Source: Chloroflexi bacterium B3_Chlor
GTDB taxonomy: Bacteria; Chloroflexota; Anaerolineae; UBA7937; B3-Chlor
NCBI GenBank assembly: GCA_005223035.1
Contig: NJBK01000004.1
Span: forward strand, 40,577-104,576
DNA: 64,000 bases
Direction of reading: 5' to 3'
This document shows positions 8,498 through 17,053 of the stretch, piece by piece. The stretch's first letter is position 1. The number at the start of each line of letters is the position of its first letter. The notes under the pieces were generated by a model. That model saw only the letters and a list, made by a program, of their open reading frames with translations. It did not search any database and had not been told where the DNA came from. Made by a program: the position numbers and the translations under genes.

Positions 8498-9070
8498 CTA
8501 GATTCTGGATACCACCAGGTTGATTGCTGCTTTCAAGGTCTCTATCACCCCTACCCCCTCTGTCGCCACAGACTGGAACTGAGGGACGCCGTCGCGGGCC
8601 AGCTGCATCTGCAGAAGTGCAACGGGGGCTCTCGTTGGCAGATCTCGCTTGTTGTACTGCAGAACGAGGGGAAAATCGTGAAGACTCACCCCCAGTGCCC
8701 GCAGGTTCTCCTCCAGGCTGCGCATGGTGTCCATGTTTGCCTTGAGCCTATTGAGTTGAGAGTCGGCCACATAGACCACCCCGTCCGCACCCTGCAGAAC
8801 AAGTCTTCGGCTGGCCACATAGCATGGCTGGCCCGGCACAGTATAGAGATTGAACTTGGGCTTAAGTCCTCGGATTCGCCCCAGTTCCAATTGCATAAAA
8901 TCGAAGTACAAAGTGCGATCACCTCTGGTCTTGAGGCATATTAGCTCTCCTCTCTGCCTGGGATTGGTCCTGGAGTGAATGCACTGCAAGTTGGTGGTCT
9001 TGCCGCTGAGAGATGGGCCATAATACACAATCTTGAGGTTGATCTCACGCATTTTCCAGTTGATGAACAT
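8498..9070 (-). CDS. mglA: MglA-type Ras-like small GTPase
   Basis: P-loop GPSLSGKTT. Collinear full-length near-identity, from memory, to Myxococcus MglA: FINWKMREINLKIVYYGP, DRTLYFDF, YTVPGQ, VVYVADSQ, LQYNKRDLP. Confidence 0.9.
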   Translation of the reverse strand: MFINWKMREINLKIVYYGPSLSGKTTNLQCIHSRTNPRQRGELICLKTRGDRTLYFDFMQLELGRIRGLKPKFNLYTVPGQPCYVASRRLVLQGADGVVYVADSQLNRLKANMDTMRSLEENLRALGVSLHDFPLVLQYNKRDLPTRAPVALLQMQLARDGVPQFQSVATEGVGVIETLKAAINLVVSRI

Positions 9071-9106
9071 GGTGCCCCCTACGAAAAATGCGGTGATCCC
9101 TCTCTA

Positions 9107-9589
9107 TCAAGCAAAGGCCTCATCTAGCCCCTGAGCCAGTGCGCCGCGAAACTCTCGGTCCACCACGGCGCTGGCCTTCTCCAGCCACGGTTCCAGCTCG
9201 GAGGCCACTTCAAGGAGTTCGTTGACTGCCAGTCTGGCGAAGATGCGCACCAAGCCGATTTGCGTCATCTCATCAAAGATGATAGCCAGCAAGAAACTCG
9301 CACCAATGGCAGAGATGTAGATGTGACGTCTCTGTCCCTCGTGGAAGAGGTAGGAGAATGGGGCTGGCTCGTCCAACTGTCTGGCTATCTCGGCGGTAGC
9401 AGCCATGTTGCTGGCGGTCAGCGCGGCGAGAGCGGACGTATCCAACCCCTCGTTGTTTCCTTTCTCACTGATCAGCTGTCCGCTAATGTCCGCCAACAGG
9501 ACGCACAGGGCCCTACTTCTATTGAGCAACCTGTCGAGACAGTTCTCTATCTTGATAAAGGGCTCACGAGGGGGGATCAGAGTTTCCAT
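9107..9589 (-). CDS. mglB: MglB-type Roadblock/LC7 GTPase-activating protein
   Basis: Immediately upstream of mglA on the same strand. Shows the GQLIS, D-TSALAALTASNMAA, FHEG and GLVR blocks seen in MglB. Confidence 0.8.
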   Translation of the reverse strand: METLIPPREPFIKIENCLDRLLNRSRALCVLLADISGQLISEKGNNEGLDTSALAALTASNMAATAEIARQLDEPAPFSYLFHEGQRRHIYISAIGASFLLAIIFDEMTQIGLVRIFARLAVNELLEVASELEPWLEKASAVVDREFRGALAQGLDEAFA

Positions 9590-9615
9590 CTTCCGTTTTC
9601 CTCATCAGTGGCTTC

Positions 9616-10782
9616 CTACTCTTCAGGCAAATCGTACCAGCGTCTAGCCTCGCCAATCCTGGCCCTTGCCTGCCAGCGCAGGGACTTTGGTGCAGCCTCG
9701 ATGATCTCACTCAGCTGACGGGCCCTTGAGACATAGACTTCCTTCTCCCGCGCCGGGAGGAAATCATCTACCAGGTCGATGCTTTTCTCAATGTTCAAAG
9801 TAACGGTCCTATACCAACCCCAGTCGTCGCCGCACGTGGAGGCGATGAAGTCTGCGTCCACCTTATGTACATTGTCTCCTTTGCCCAACTCGTGATCGTA
9901 GAGAATGGCGTAGATGTCCCTCAAATCTTTCTCTCCCATCTGCACGATCTGCAGTTTCGACAAGAGCAAATCTGCCAATGGAAGGGTGATCTCGTGCAGC
10001 TCGAGGCGGTTGGTGAAGGACAGTTGGTGACACATATGAAAGGTGTCCACAAATACATCCAAGGCGACACCTTCTTGGGGATCTGAATACTTCAAGCGTT
10101 TATGTCCATGGAAGGCGTTGAAGCGGCGGTGGGGTTCGTATCCCAGAGTCTCTATCACTTCCTCCAACCCTCGCCGTTGCCTACCATATACGGCAAGATC
10201 AAGATCAAGCCCATCAGGCGGCAAGGTCATGTCAGCGGCGCTGGGACAGATCGCCTTGACGGCTATGCCTCCCAAGAGGCGCAAATGGACGCCTCGATTC
10301 TCAGCAGCAGCGATGGCCTGGCGGGCACGAGTAAGTAGCAGGTCGGCGGCATCGGCCGGGAGTTCCGGCTCAATCACGGCCACCTCTTCAGCCGCCGCTG
10401 GAGGAGCGCTTGGGACCGGGGCCTCTCTTTCTTTCAGGATTTCAGAGAGCTTCCTCGCAGCCACGTTGGCGGTGAGGTTCAGAAGAGGGACATTTACAGT
10501 ACGCACGCAGAGGATATAGAGGCAGCCAACACGCAAATTCTTGACCACCATCCTCCCTTCTCCGAATACCAGATCCAACTCGTGGACCCTGCGCCGCCTT
10601 GTGGTCTCCAGTCCGTCGATGGTTTGCAGAATCGTGCGTGCTGCTGGCAAGAACGTGGCCTCATCGAAGACAGACGGCAGAGCACGGGCCACTAACCTGC
10701 CTTCGGGGTCGCAAACGAACGATCCGGTTACCCCCACGACGGCATTGATGTCCTGCAGTATCTTTTCCATGGTCGCCCCCAA
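9616..10782 (-). CDS. Roadblock/LC7 domain fused to a pol-beta-superfamily nucleotidyltransferase (NTP_transf_5-like) domain
   Basis: N-terminal ~120 aa are Roadblock-like (INAVVGVTGSFVCDPEGRLVARAL). The C-terminal part carries LRLLGGIAVKAICPSAADMTLPPDGLDLDLAVY...LGYEP, matching the hG[GS]...DhDh nucleotidyltransferase signature. Confidence 0.6.
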   Translation of the reverse strand: MGATMEKILQDINAVVGVTGSFVCDPEGRLVARALPSVFDEATFLPAARTILQTIDGLETTRRRRVHELDLVFGEGRMVVKNLRVGCLYILCVRTVNVPLLNLTANVAARKLSEILKEREAPVPSAPPAAAEEVAVIEPELPADAADLLLTRARQAIAAAENRGVHLRLLGGIAVKAICPSAADMTLPPDGLDLDLAVYGRQRRGLEEVIETLGYEPHRRFNAFHGHKRLKYSDPQEGVALDVFVDTFHMCHQLSFTNRLELHEITLPLADLLLSKLQIVQMGEKDLRDIYAILYDHELGKGDNVHKVDADFIASTCGDDWGWYRTVTLNIEKSIDLVDDFLPAREKEVYVSRARQLSEIIEAAPKSLRWQARARIGEARRWYDLPEE

Positions 10783-10786
10783 GGAA

Positions 10787-11476
10787 CTAGCCCAAGATCG
10801 TGGCCGCTTCGGCGCTAACCAGGGCCGGTGAAGCTTTCTCGCTCAACGACAAACCTGCAAAAAAGGCTGGCCGTTCTAGGATAAGCATTCTGTCTTTACC
10901 CATGGTAACCAGCCCCCAGTCAAAGGGCGTGAGACTCATGGCATTCCCGAACTCGGCGGCCGCATTGCCCACGAAAACGGCCACAGCGCCCTCCTTTTCC
11001 GGGTTGCCGTCAATGTCACTTGCGAAAACGATGCCATCGCGTGAGATGATGACTGATCCCTCGACGCCCATTACGTTCTTGAGTTCGTGAGCCAGAGTCG
11101 CCATCTCATCCGCAGCTGCCGGCAATTCCATCGCAGGTGCAACCTCTGCCGGTCGCTCAACCGAAGCTTGCTCTTCGTCCATGCGGCGTATTCCCTCCAG
11201 AAGGAGGCTGTTCCAGCTGGTGGAGACCGTTCTCTCGGACGGTATTGTACCGGCCTCCACAACGAAGGAGCCATCGGGCCAGCTCAGGAGTTCGTAGACA
11301 GCCTCTTCACCCACCACATCCCCCACCGCGGCATGAACGATGGCTCCGTCGGCGAAACAGATGATTCCCGTCTTGCCCTGGTACGTCAGAGACACCGTGG
11401 CGGTGTTCATCTCGGTACAATTAATCTGAATTATGTTCGTGAGGCCTAGCTCTTTGAGGCTTCCTTCAACAGGCAC
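10787..11476 (-). CDS. DUF4388 (PATAN-type) domain fused to a Roadblock/LC7 domain
   Basis: The N-terminus GSLKELGLTNIIQ...GKTGIICFADGAIVHA...GEEAVYELLSWPDGSFVV matches the DUF4388 consensus. The C-terminal ~110 aa are Roadblock-like (VEGSVIISRDGIVFAS). Confidence 0.6.
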   Translation of the reverse strand: MPVEGSLKELGLTNIIQINCTEMNTATVSLTYQGKTGIICFADGAIVHAAVGDVVGEEAVYELLSWPDGSFVVEAGTIPSERTVSTSWNSLLLEGIRRMDEEQASVERPAEVAPAMELPAAADEMATLAHELKNVMGVEGSVIISRDGIVFASDIDGNPEKEGAVAVFVGNAAAEFGNAMSLTPFDWGLVTMGKDRMLILERPAFFAGLSLSEKASPALVSAEAATILG

Positions 11477-12082
11477 TTACGTCTTCCTTTCCTTGGGCTG
11501 CTGTCGACTTCTCTTGCGCCAGCGCATCAGGTCTCCTTTTTGCGGTTCACCCGATCTCCGACTCTGCATCGGGGGCCGGCTCCTTTCCTCGAAGACGTCG
11601 TCCAGCTCCTTACTCAGAGACGCCGCAAAGTCGGAAGCAAGGGTCTCTCTAGGCTTGGTGGTTTCTGTCTCGGCGACGATGCGCAAGAGATCCTGGATGC
11701 TTCTCTTGATGTAGAGCCAGACCATACCGATCTTTGGTGCATATGTTTGCCTGTCGAAAACGAGGACTAGAAAGAGACCGCTGGCGATGTTGGAGGCGTA
11801 TATGTCGTATCGTTCGCCTTCGTGGAACGTAAGGTTGAAGGTTCTACGTGTCTCATTCAGCTGACGTGACATCTCGGAGGTCGTGGCGAAGCTGGCAGCC
11901 AAGAGGGAGACGATGGTGGTGATGTCCAAGTTCGCAGCACTCCCGGCCTGCGCGATGATCTGACCCATCGTATCCACCATAACCACGGCGGCAGCGTCAG
12001 CTTCGACAAGAAGCTCTCTTAGTCTTCTGGTAATGGCCTCCAGATATTCGCCTGAAAGAGATGAAACCCTTTTCTGCGCCAT
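11477..12082 (-). CDS. Roadblock/LC7 domain protein with basic C-terminal tail
   Basis: AAVVMVDTMGQIIAQAG...TTIVSLLAASFATTSE is Roadblock-like. First gene after the internal promoter at 12223-12251. Confidence 0.6.
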   Translation of the reverse strand: MAQKRVSSLSGEYLEAITRRLRELLVEADAAAVVMVDTMGQIIAQAGSAANLDITTIVSLLAASFATTSEMSRQLNETRRTFNLTFHEGERYDIYASNIASGLFLVLVFDRQTYAPKIGMVWLYIKRSIQDLLRIVAETETTKPRETLASDFAASLSKELDDVFEERSRPPMQSRRSGEPQKGDLMRWRKRSRQQPKERKT

Positions 12083-12222
12083 CTGCTTGTCTCCGCGGTA
12101 GATCGGAGGACGAAAAAGCCAGCCTTGTTTTCTTCAGCCCGACCCGAGCTGACCACTCAATTCGCTGCTCCCCCGGCAGCACATGGCATGCGGTCGCTTG
12201 AATCTGAGGGCTTCCAAACCAC

Positions 12223-12251
12223 AGTATACCACATTTCTAAGGGTATGTCAA
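12223..12251 (-). promoter_or_regulatory. sigma70-like promoter TTGACA-N17-TATACT, read on the minus strand
   Basis: Plus-strand tgtcaa at 12246-12251 and agtata at 12223-12228 are separated by exactly 17 nt. Lies about 140 nt upstream of the Roadblock gene that starts at 12082. Confidence 0.5.
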
Positions 12252-12311
12252 TATCACCTGCCTTACTTGAGACGCGGGGCATCTCCTTTGTCACCCCCGA
12301 AGGCGTTCAGG

Positions 12312-14126
12312 CTAGCCAGCACCTCTGGAGTCAGCGGGTAAGCGTACAGTAAAGGTCGAGCCTTCGCCCACCTCACTCTTGACTTCTATCCTCCCGCCAT
12401 GTCTTTCAACGATACCGTGGCTTATGGAGAGGCCTAGGCCTGTACCCCTTGCCTTAGTGGTATGGAAGGGGTCAAAGATGTTGGCCAGATCCGACACCGG
12501 GATCCCCTCTCCAGTATCGGTGAAGCTGATGCTTGCTTCACCACGTTTGTCATCCCAAACAGTGTCTATGTACAGGTCACCACCTTCGGGCATTGCTTCA
12601 ACAGCGTTGATAATGATGTTGAGAAATACTTGCTTGAGGAGACTGCTGAGGCCGTTCACCAGGGGCAATCGCGAGGTCGCGTGTCGATGCACCACTACCT
12701 GCGCGTGTTGGATTCTCTTTCCAGCCAGAGACAGAACATCGTCGAGAATGGCCTGGATATCTACTGGTGCCACGCTCTCCGTGGAGGGCCGATAGAAATC
12801 CAGTATGCGTTGCACCAGATCAATGAGTCTTTGGACCTCTTCTTGTGCCATGGAGAGATAATCCTGCCGTCTGCTCTCATCCAGGGAGGGCTTGTGAGTG
12901 ACCAGATGCAGACAGTTATGAATCGCCTGCAAGGGGTTGTTGATCTCATGAGCCAAGGAAGCAGCTAGCTTCCCGGTGGCGGCCAACTTCTCGGCCCTTA
13001 CGAGTTGGATCTGGGACTTCTCCAACTCGCGGGTGAACTCGGCAAGCTCAGTGTAGAGGCGAGCATTCTCCAGCGCGACGGCGACCGTAGCCGCCATGGA
13101 GTTCAACAGCTCCAGGTCTTCGTGAGTGAATTCCCCATCCAGTTTATTGACGAGTTCAATGGCTCCGATAATGTGGTCTTTGATCACCAGGGGTACGCAC
13201 AGGACGGAGCGGCACTCCAGGCCAAACTTCTCACTGGCTTCTCGATAATGGCGCGGGTCAGCACTCACCTCAGGAACCAGGACAGGTTCTCCCTCCTTGA
13301 CCACCCACCCAGCGATCCCTTGTCCTACCTGGAGCTTCAGCGGCGCGGTTTGTCGCACATCACCGTGCAGACTCATGCGAAAGACGAGTTCGTTCGTGGT
13401 TTCGTCAAATAGCAGGAGGGAGCCAGCCTCGGCCCTCACAATCTCATTGATACCCAGCATAGCCAGGCGAAGCACTTCATCGAGGTCAAGTGTGGAAATC
13501 ACGACTCGCCCCAGTTCATTCAGTGCAGCCAGTTGGCTGGTTCTGTTCTTGGTTGCCTCGTGGATGCGGGAGTTCTCGATGGCGATGGCAACTTGACCGG
13601 CCAAGACGGAGAGGAGTTCTAGATCATGGTCGCGGAAAGGGGAATCGGGGGTAGTCTTGCTGGCGTTCAGCACCCCGATGATTCGTCCTTTGATCTTGAG
13701 CGGCACACAGAGGGCGGAGGCCACGTCCTCTCGGTGCATGGCTTCGCGTACGCTAGGCTCAACCGGGGCGTCATCGGTTAGTAGCAAAGGCTCTCCGTTC
13801 TCGATCACCCAGCCAGATATTCCTTCCCCAATCTTCGCCTTGGCGGAACCTATGACCGCTTTGGGCAGCCCTACAGCAGCCTCGACGCATAGCTCTTGCT
13901 TCTTCTCATCCAACAACATGAGGGAAACCACATCAGCGCCGGTCTCTCGCTCAACGATCTCGAGGATGAGTTCGTAGAGGCGTTCAATCTCCACCTCGGA
14001 CAGTAGCGTCTCGCTGACCTCGAGGAGAGGCAGGAGAGCCCCAAGGCGCTCCCCATTCCGATACGGAGCCTGGACGTCTGGGATGTTCATGGTGGACATA
14101 ATCATCCTCCATTGGTATTCTATCAT
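12312..14126 (-). CDS. sensor histidine kinase (GAF-GAF-HisKA-HATPase_c)
   Basis: Two GAF-like regions, H-box HEINNPLQAIHNCLHL, G2 box GTGLGLSISHGIVERHGGRIEVKSEVGEGSTF. Alternative start at M10 (14099) with GGAGG 6 nt upstream; M1 has GAGGAAG 6 nt upstream. Confidence 0.85.
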   Translation of the reverse strand: MIEYQWRMIMSTMNIPDVQAPYRNGERLGALLPLLEVSETLLSEVEIERLYELILEIVERETGADVVSLMLLDEKKQELCVEAAVGLPKAVIGSAKAKIGEGISGWVIENGEPLLLTDDAPVEPSVREAMHREDVASALCVPLKIKGRIIGVLNASKTTPDSPFRDHDLELLSVLAGQVAIAIENSRIHEATKNRTSQLAALNELGRVVISTLDLDEVLRLAMLGINEIVRAEAGSLLLFDETTNELVFRMSLHGDVRQTAPLKLQVGQGIAGWVVKEGEPVLVPEVSADPRHYREASEKFGLECRSVLCVPLVIKDHIIGAIELVNKLDGEFTHEDLELLNSMAATVAVALENARLYTELAEFTRELEKSQIQLVRAEKLAATGKLAASLAHEINNPLQAIHNCLHLVTHKPSLDESRRQDYLSMAQEEVQRLIDLVQRILDFYRPSTESVAPVDIQAILDDVLSLAGKRIQHAQVVVHRHATSRLPLVNGLSSLLKQVFLNIIINAVEAMPEGGDLYIDTVWDDKRGEASISFTDTGEGIPVSDLANIFDPFHTTKARGTGLGLSISHGIVERHGGRIEVKSEVGEGSTFTVRLPADSRGAG

Positions 14127-14165
14127 CTTTCTTCCTCGTTGACAACAGTACTATTGTCCTAGTAG

Positions 14166-14180
14166 GCGCGCAATGCGCGC
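14166..14180. promoter_or_regulatory. perfect inverted repeat GCGCGCA-A-TGCGCGC in a divergent intergenic region
   Basis: Seen directly at 14166-14180, between the minus-strand kinase start (14126) and the plus-strand VIT-vWA start (14308). Candidate operator. Confidence 0.3.
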
Positions 14181-14307
14181 TGCGAGGGCCGTGGCTTCCC
14201 CATCGAAGGACCGGCTCGGGAACCTTTTGGTGGCTTTCTGCGTCTTGTAGTCGAAAGAGATCTAAGTGGGCCACAGGACCCCGACGCAAACTGAGAGGAG
14301 GCGAAAG

Positions 14308-16533
14308 ATGAAATCGAAAATGCTGCTCATAGTCCTCGTGCTTGCGGGGCTGCTTCTCTCCACTGGCGGAGCGGCTTACGCAGATGGTGTGGTAATAATC
14401 GAACCTCCGCCTGGTGTACCGCCCCCTGACACCCCCAATCTGGTCGTCAAGTACCATCGGGTCTCGGTGGATATCAGCGATCAGGTCGCGACGACCGAAG
14501 TGGATCAAGTCTTCCTCAATGATACTCGCTACGATCTGGAAGGGATCTACATCTTTCCCTTGCCTGAGGAAGCGGCCGTCTCGGAGTTCGCAATGTATGT
14601 GGATGGTGAAAGATGGGAAGGGGAGATCCTACCTCGCGACGAGGCGCGCAGGATATATGAGGACATCGTGCGCCGCCGCCTCGATCCGGCTCTTCTGGAA
14701 TATGTGGGGCGTGATACCTTCAAGGCCAGCATATTCCCCATCGAGCAGGGCGATGAACGCAGGGTGGAATTGACGTACAGCCAAGTATTGGAGAACGACG
14801 GAGGGCTGATCAAGTATGTCTATCCCCTGGACACCGAGCGTTTCTCTGCACGCCCCCTGGAAGAGGTAGTAATCACAGTACGAGTTCACTCCGCACAGCC
14901 GATTAGGGCCATCTATTCTCCCAGCCACGACGTTGCCATAGACCGCGTAGATGAGCACACGGTTAATGTCAGTTTTGAGGCCGCGAATGTCCTTCCCGAC
15001 CGCGATTTCGAACTATACTACACCGTCTCCGACGACGATTTCGGGTTGAACCTCCTCAGCTACCGGGAGCGTGGAGGGGATGGCTTCTTTTTGCTGCTGG
15101 TCGCGCCCAAGGTCGAGGTGGACGAGAGGGATGTGGTAGCCAAAGATCTGATTTTCGTCCTTGATACCTCTGGGAGCATGGAGGGAGAAAAGATAGCTCA
15201 GGCCAAAGATGCTCTGGAGTTCATCCTCGACCATCTGAACCCCGAGGACCGCTTCAACATCGTGGCTTTCAGCACAGGTGTGAGGACCTACGCTAGAGGG
15301 CTACAACGCGCGGCGGAAGGCGATGACGCCCGCAGGTTCATCGACGATTTGCGTGCCGTCGGCGGGACAAACATAGACCTTGCGCTGGCCGAGGCTCTGG
15401 CCATGGCCGACGGTGAGCGCCCGCAGATCATCATCTTTCTGACCGATGGCTTGCCCACCGAGGGAGTCACCGATACCGATAGGATTATCGCCAACGTGAG
15501 CCGGCAGGCTTCAGAGAACATCAGGATCTTCGCCTTCGGCCTGGGCGATGATGTAAACACCTTCTTGTTGGATACCATCGCGCAGGACAACCGGGGAGTC
15601 AGTTCCTACGTGCGCCCTCGTGAGAGCATAGAGGAGGAGGTGTCCACTTTCTACGCCACGGTGAGTATGCCTTTGCTGGCGGACATAGACTTGGACTTCG
15701 GCGACCTGCGGGTCGAAGATACCTATCCCTATCCTCTACCCGACCTGTTTGCGGGCACCCAGCTGGTTGTGGCTGGCCGCTACCGGGAAGGGGGCAGGAC
15801 GGACATCATCCTGCGCGGCGAGGTGAACGGAGAAGAGCAAGAGTTCGTGTATGAGAACCTCCGCTTCAGCGATAGAGGTGGTGAGACCTTCATCCCTCGG
15901 CTGTGGGCCACGCGGAAGATAGGGTACCTCCTCAATCAGATAAGGTTGCACGGTGAGGGGCGGGAGTTGATCGACGAGATCGTGGATCTGAGTGTGCGGT
16001 ACGGAATCATGACCCCGTACACCTCCTTCCTGGTTGAGGAAGAGCAAGACATCTTCACCCCTGAGGGGCGAGAGGAAGCGGCCACGGAGATGTGGCATCA
16101 AGCCACGGCCGTCCCCGCGCCGATGGTCGGTGCCGGGGCGGTACAGGACGCCGAGAACCGAGAGGCGCTACGTTCGTCTGAGAAGGTGCAGGACAACACC
16201 GAGCAGATCAAGTACGCCAGGGACAAGGTATTCGTCCTGCGGGATGGCATCTGGACCGACACCACCTATGATGGCTCCACTGAAACGGTGAAGGTGGGCT
16301 TCGGCAGCGATGACTACTTCGCCTTGTTGGGGACCCACGCGGGGTGGGGGCACTACTTCTCCGTGGGGCAGCAAGTGATCGTAGTGCTAAACGGAGTGGC
16401 CTACCAGGTGTCTGAGGGCGACTATCCCTCGATAGACATGCCGGCCACGCCGCCTTCCCCAGATACGGTTCTTACCCCGTGGGACCTACTCGTAGAGCTA
16501 GTGCAATGGCTGTTGAGCCTGCTGCCCGGATAG
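14308..16533 (+). CDS. secreted VIT (vault/inter-alpha-trypsin) plus von Willebrand factor A domain protein
   Basis: ATG 14308 with GGAGG 6 nt upstream. Signal peptide MKSKMLLIVLVLAGLLLSTGGAAYA. MIDAS motif LDTSGSM. The ORF track starts at an upstream GTG (14266). Confidence 0.8.
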   Translation: MKSKMLLIVLVLAGLLLSTGGAAYADGVVIIEPPPGVPPPDTPNLVVKYHRVSVDISDQVATTEVDQVFLNDTRYDLEGIYIFPLPEEAAVSEFAMYVDGERWEGEILPRDEARRIYEDIVRRRLDPALLEYVGRDTFKASIFPIEQGDERRVELTYSQVLENDGGLIKYVYPLDTERFSARPLEEVVITVRVHSAQPIRAIYSPSHDVAIDRVDEHTVNVSFEAANVLPDRDFELYYTVSDDDFGLNLLSYRERGGDGFFLLLVAPKVEVDERDVVAKDLIFVLDTSGSMEGEKIAQAKDALEFILDHLNPEDRFNIVAFSTGVRTYARGLQRAAEGDDARRFIDDLRAVGGTNIDLALAEALAMADGERPQIIIFLTDGLPTEGVTDTDRIIANVSRQASENIRIFAFGLGDDVNTFLLDTIAQDNRGVSSYVRPRESIEEEVSTFYATVSMPLLADIDLDFGDLRVEDTYPYPLPDLFAGTQLVVAGRYREGGRTDIILRGEVNGEEQEFVYENLRFSDRGGETFIPRLWATRKIGYLLNQIRLHGEGRELIDEIVDLSVRYGIMTPYTSFLVEEEQDIFTPEGREEAATEMWHQATAVPAPMVGAGAVQDAENREALRSSEKVQDNTEQIKYARDKVFVLRDGIWTDTTYDGSTETVKVGFGSDDYFALLGTHAGWGHYFSVGQQVIVVLNGVAYQVSEGDYPSIDMPATPPSPDTVLTPWDLLVELVQWLLSLLPG

Positions 16534-16992
16534 CCTGGACATCTCAAGAAGAGACATCGAGGAGGCTGGGAAACCAGCCTCTTCGTATTTTGGGAGTGGG
16601 ACGTAACCATCATTCACCACAGCGGCGCGGGGAACGAGGATGCGCAGCCATTCCTGGTAGGTCCGGCCAAATGAAAACCGGGCTGTGCTGGACAACCGTC
16701 TCTAGACAGTTCGGCTGCTCGTTTTCCTTCAAAATCTGTGCCTGCCTGCGATCGCGGTATGGGGGCCACCGTGGCCGATCAGCGACTCTGATCTGTACCG
16801 AGCGGACTGGGCGACCTGACTTCCACGGACGAGTGCCTTCTGCAATGATCATGGGCCTCTTCATCGCTGGCCAAGTGCCGACGTCGTCGCATGTCTGATC
16901 GGCCACATCGTGCTAGATCATAGTGGCCGTGCCACATCGTCAACTGAGAACTGAGGTCGCTATGACTGCCCCCTGCAGGGAGGGAGGGAGCG

Positions 16993-17029
16993 AGAAGACA
17001 AGAAAAGCCGGGGCCGACTCGCCCCGGCT
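16993..17029 (-). terminator. rho-independent terminator downstream of the DUF35/thiolase operon
   Basis: 9-bp perfect stem AGCCGGGGC/GCCCCGGCT (17006-17014 / 17021-17029) with loop CGACTC. On the minus strand it is followed by a TTTTCTTGTCTT tract. Sits 25 nt past the DUF35 stop. Confidence 0.55.
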
Positions 17030-17053
17030 CTTGTCAATAGACGACGGATGCCC

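Noticed and set aside
14139-14144. Consensus TTGACA hexamer upstream of the VIT-vWA gene as a promoter -35
   Set aside because: No acceptable -10 hexamer at 15-19 nt spacing; the following sequence is TAGTAG/GTAGGC. Kept only as context for the adjacent palindrome.
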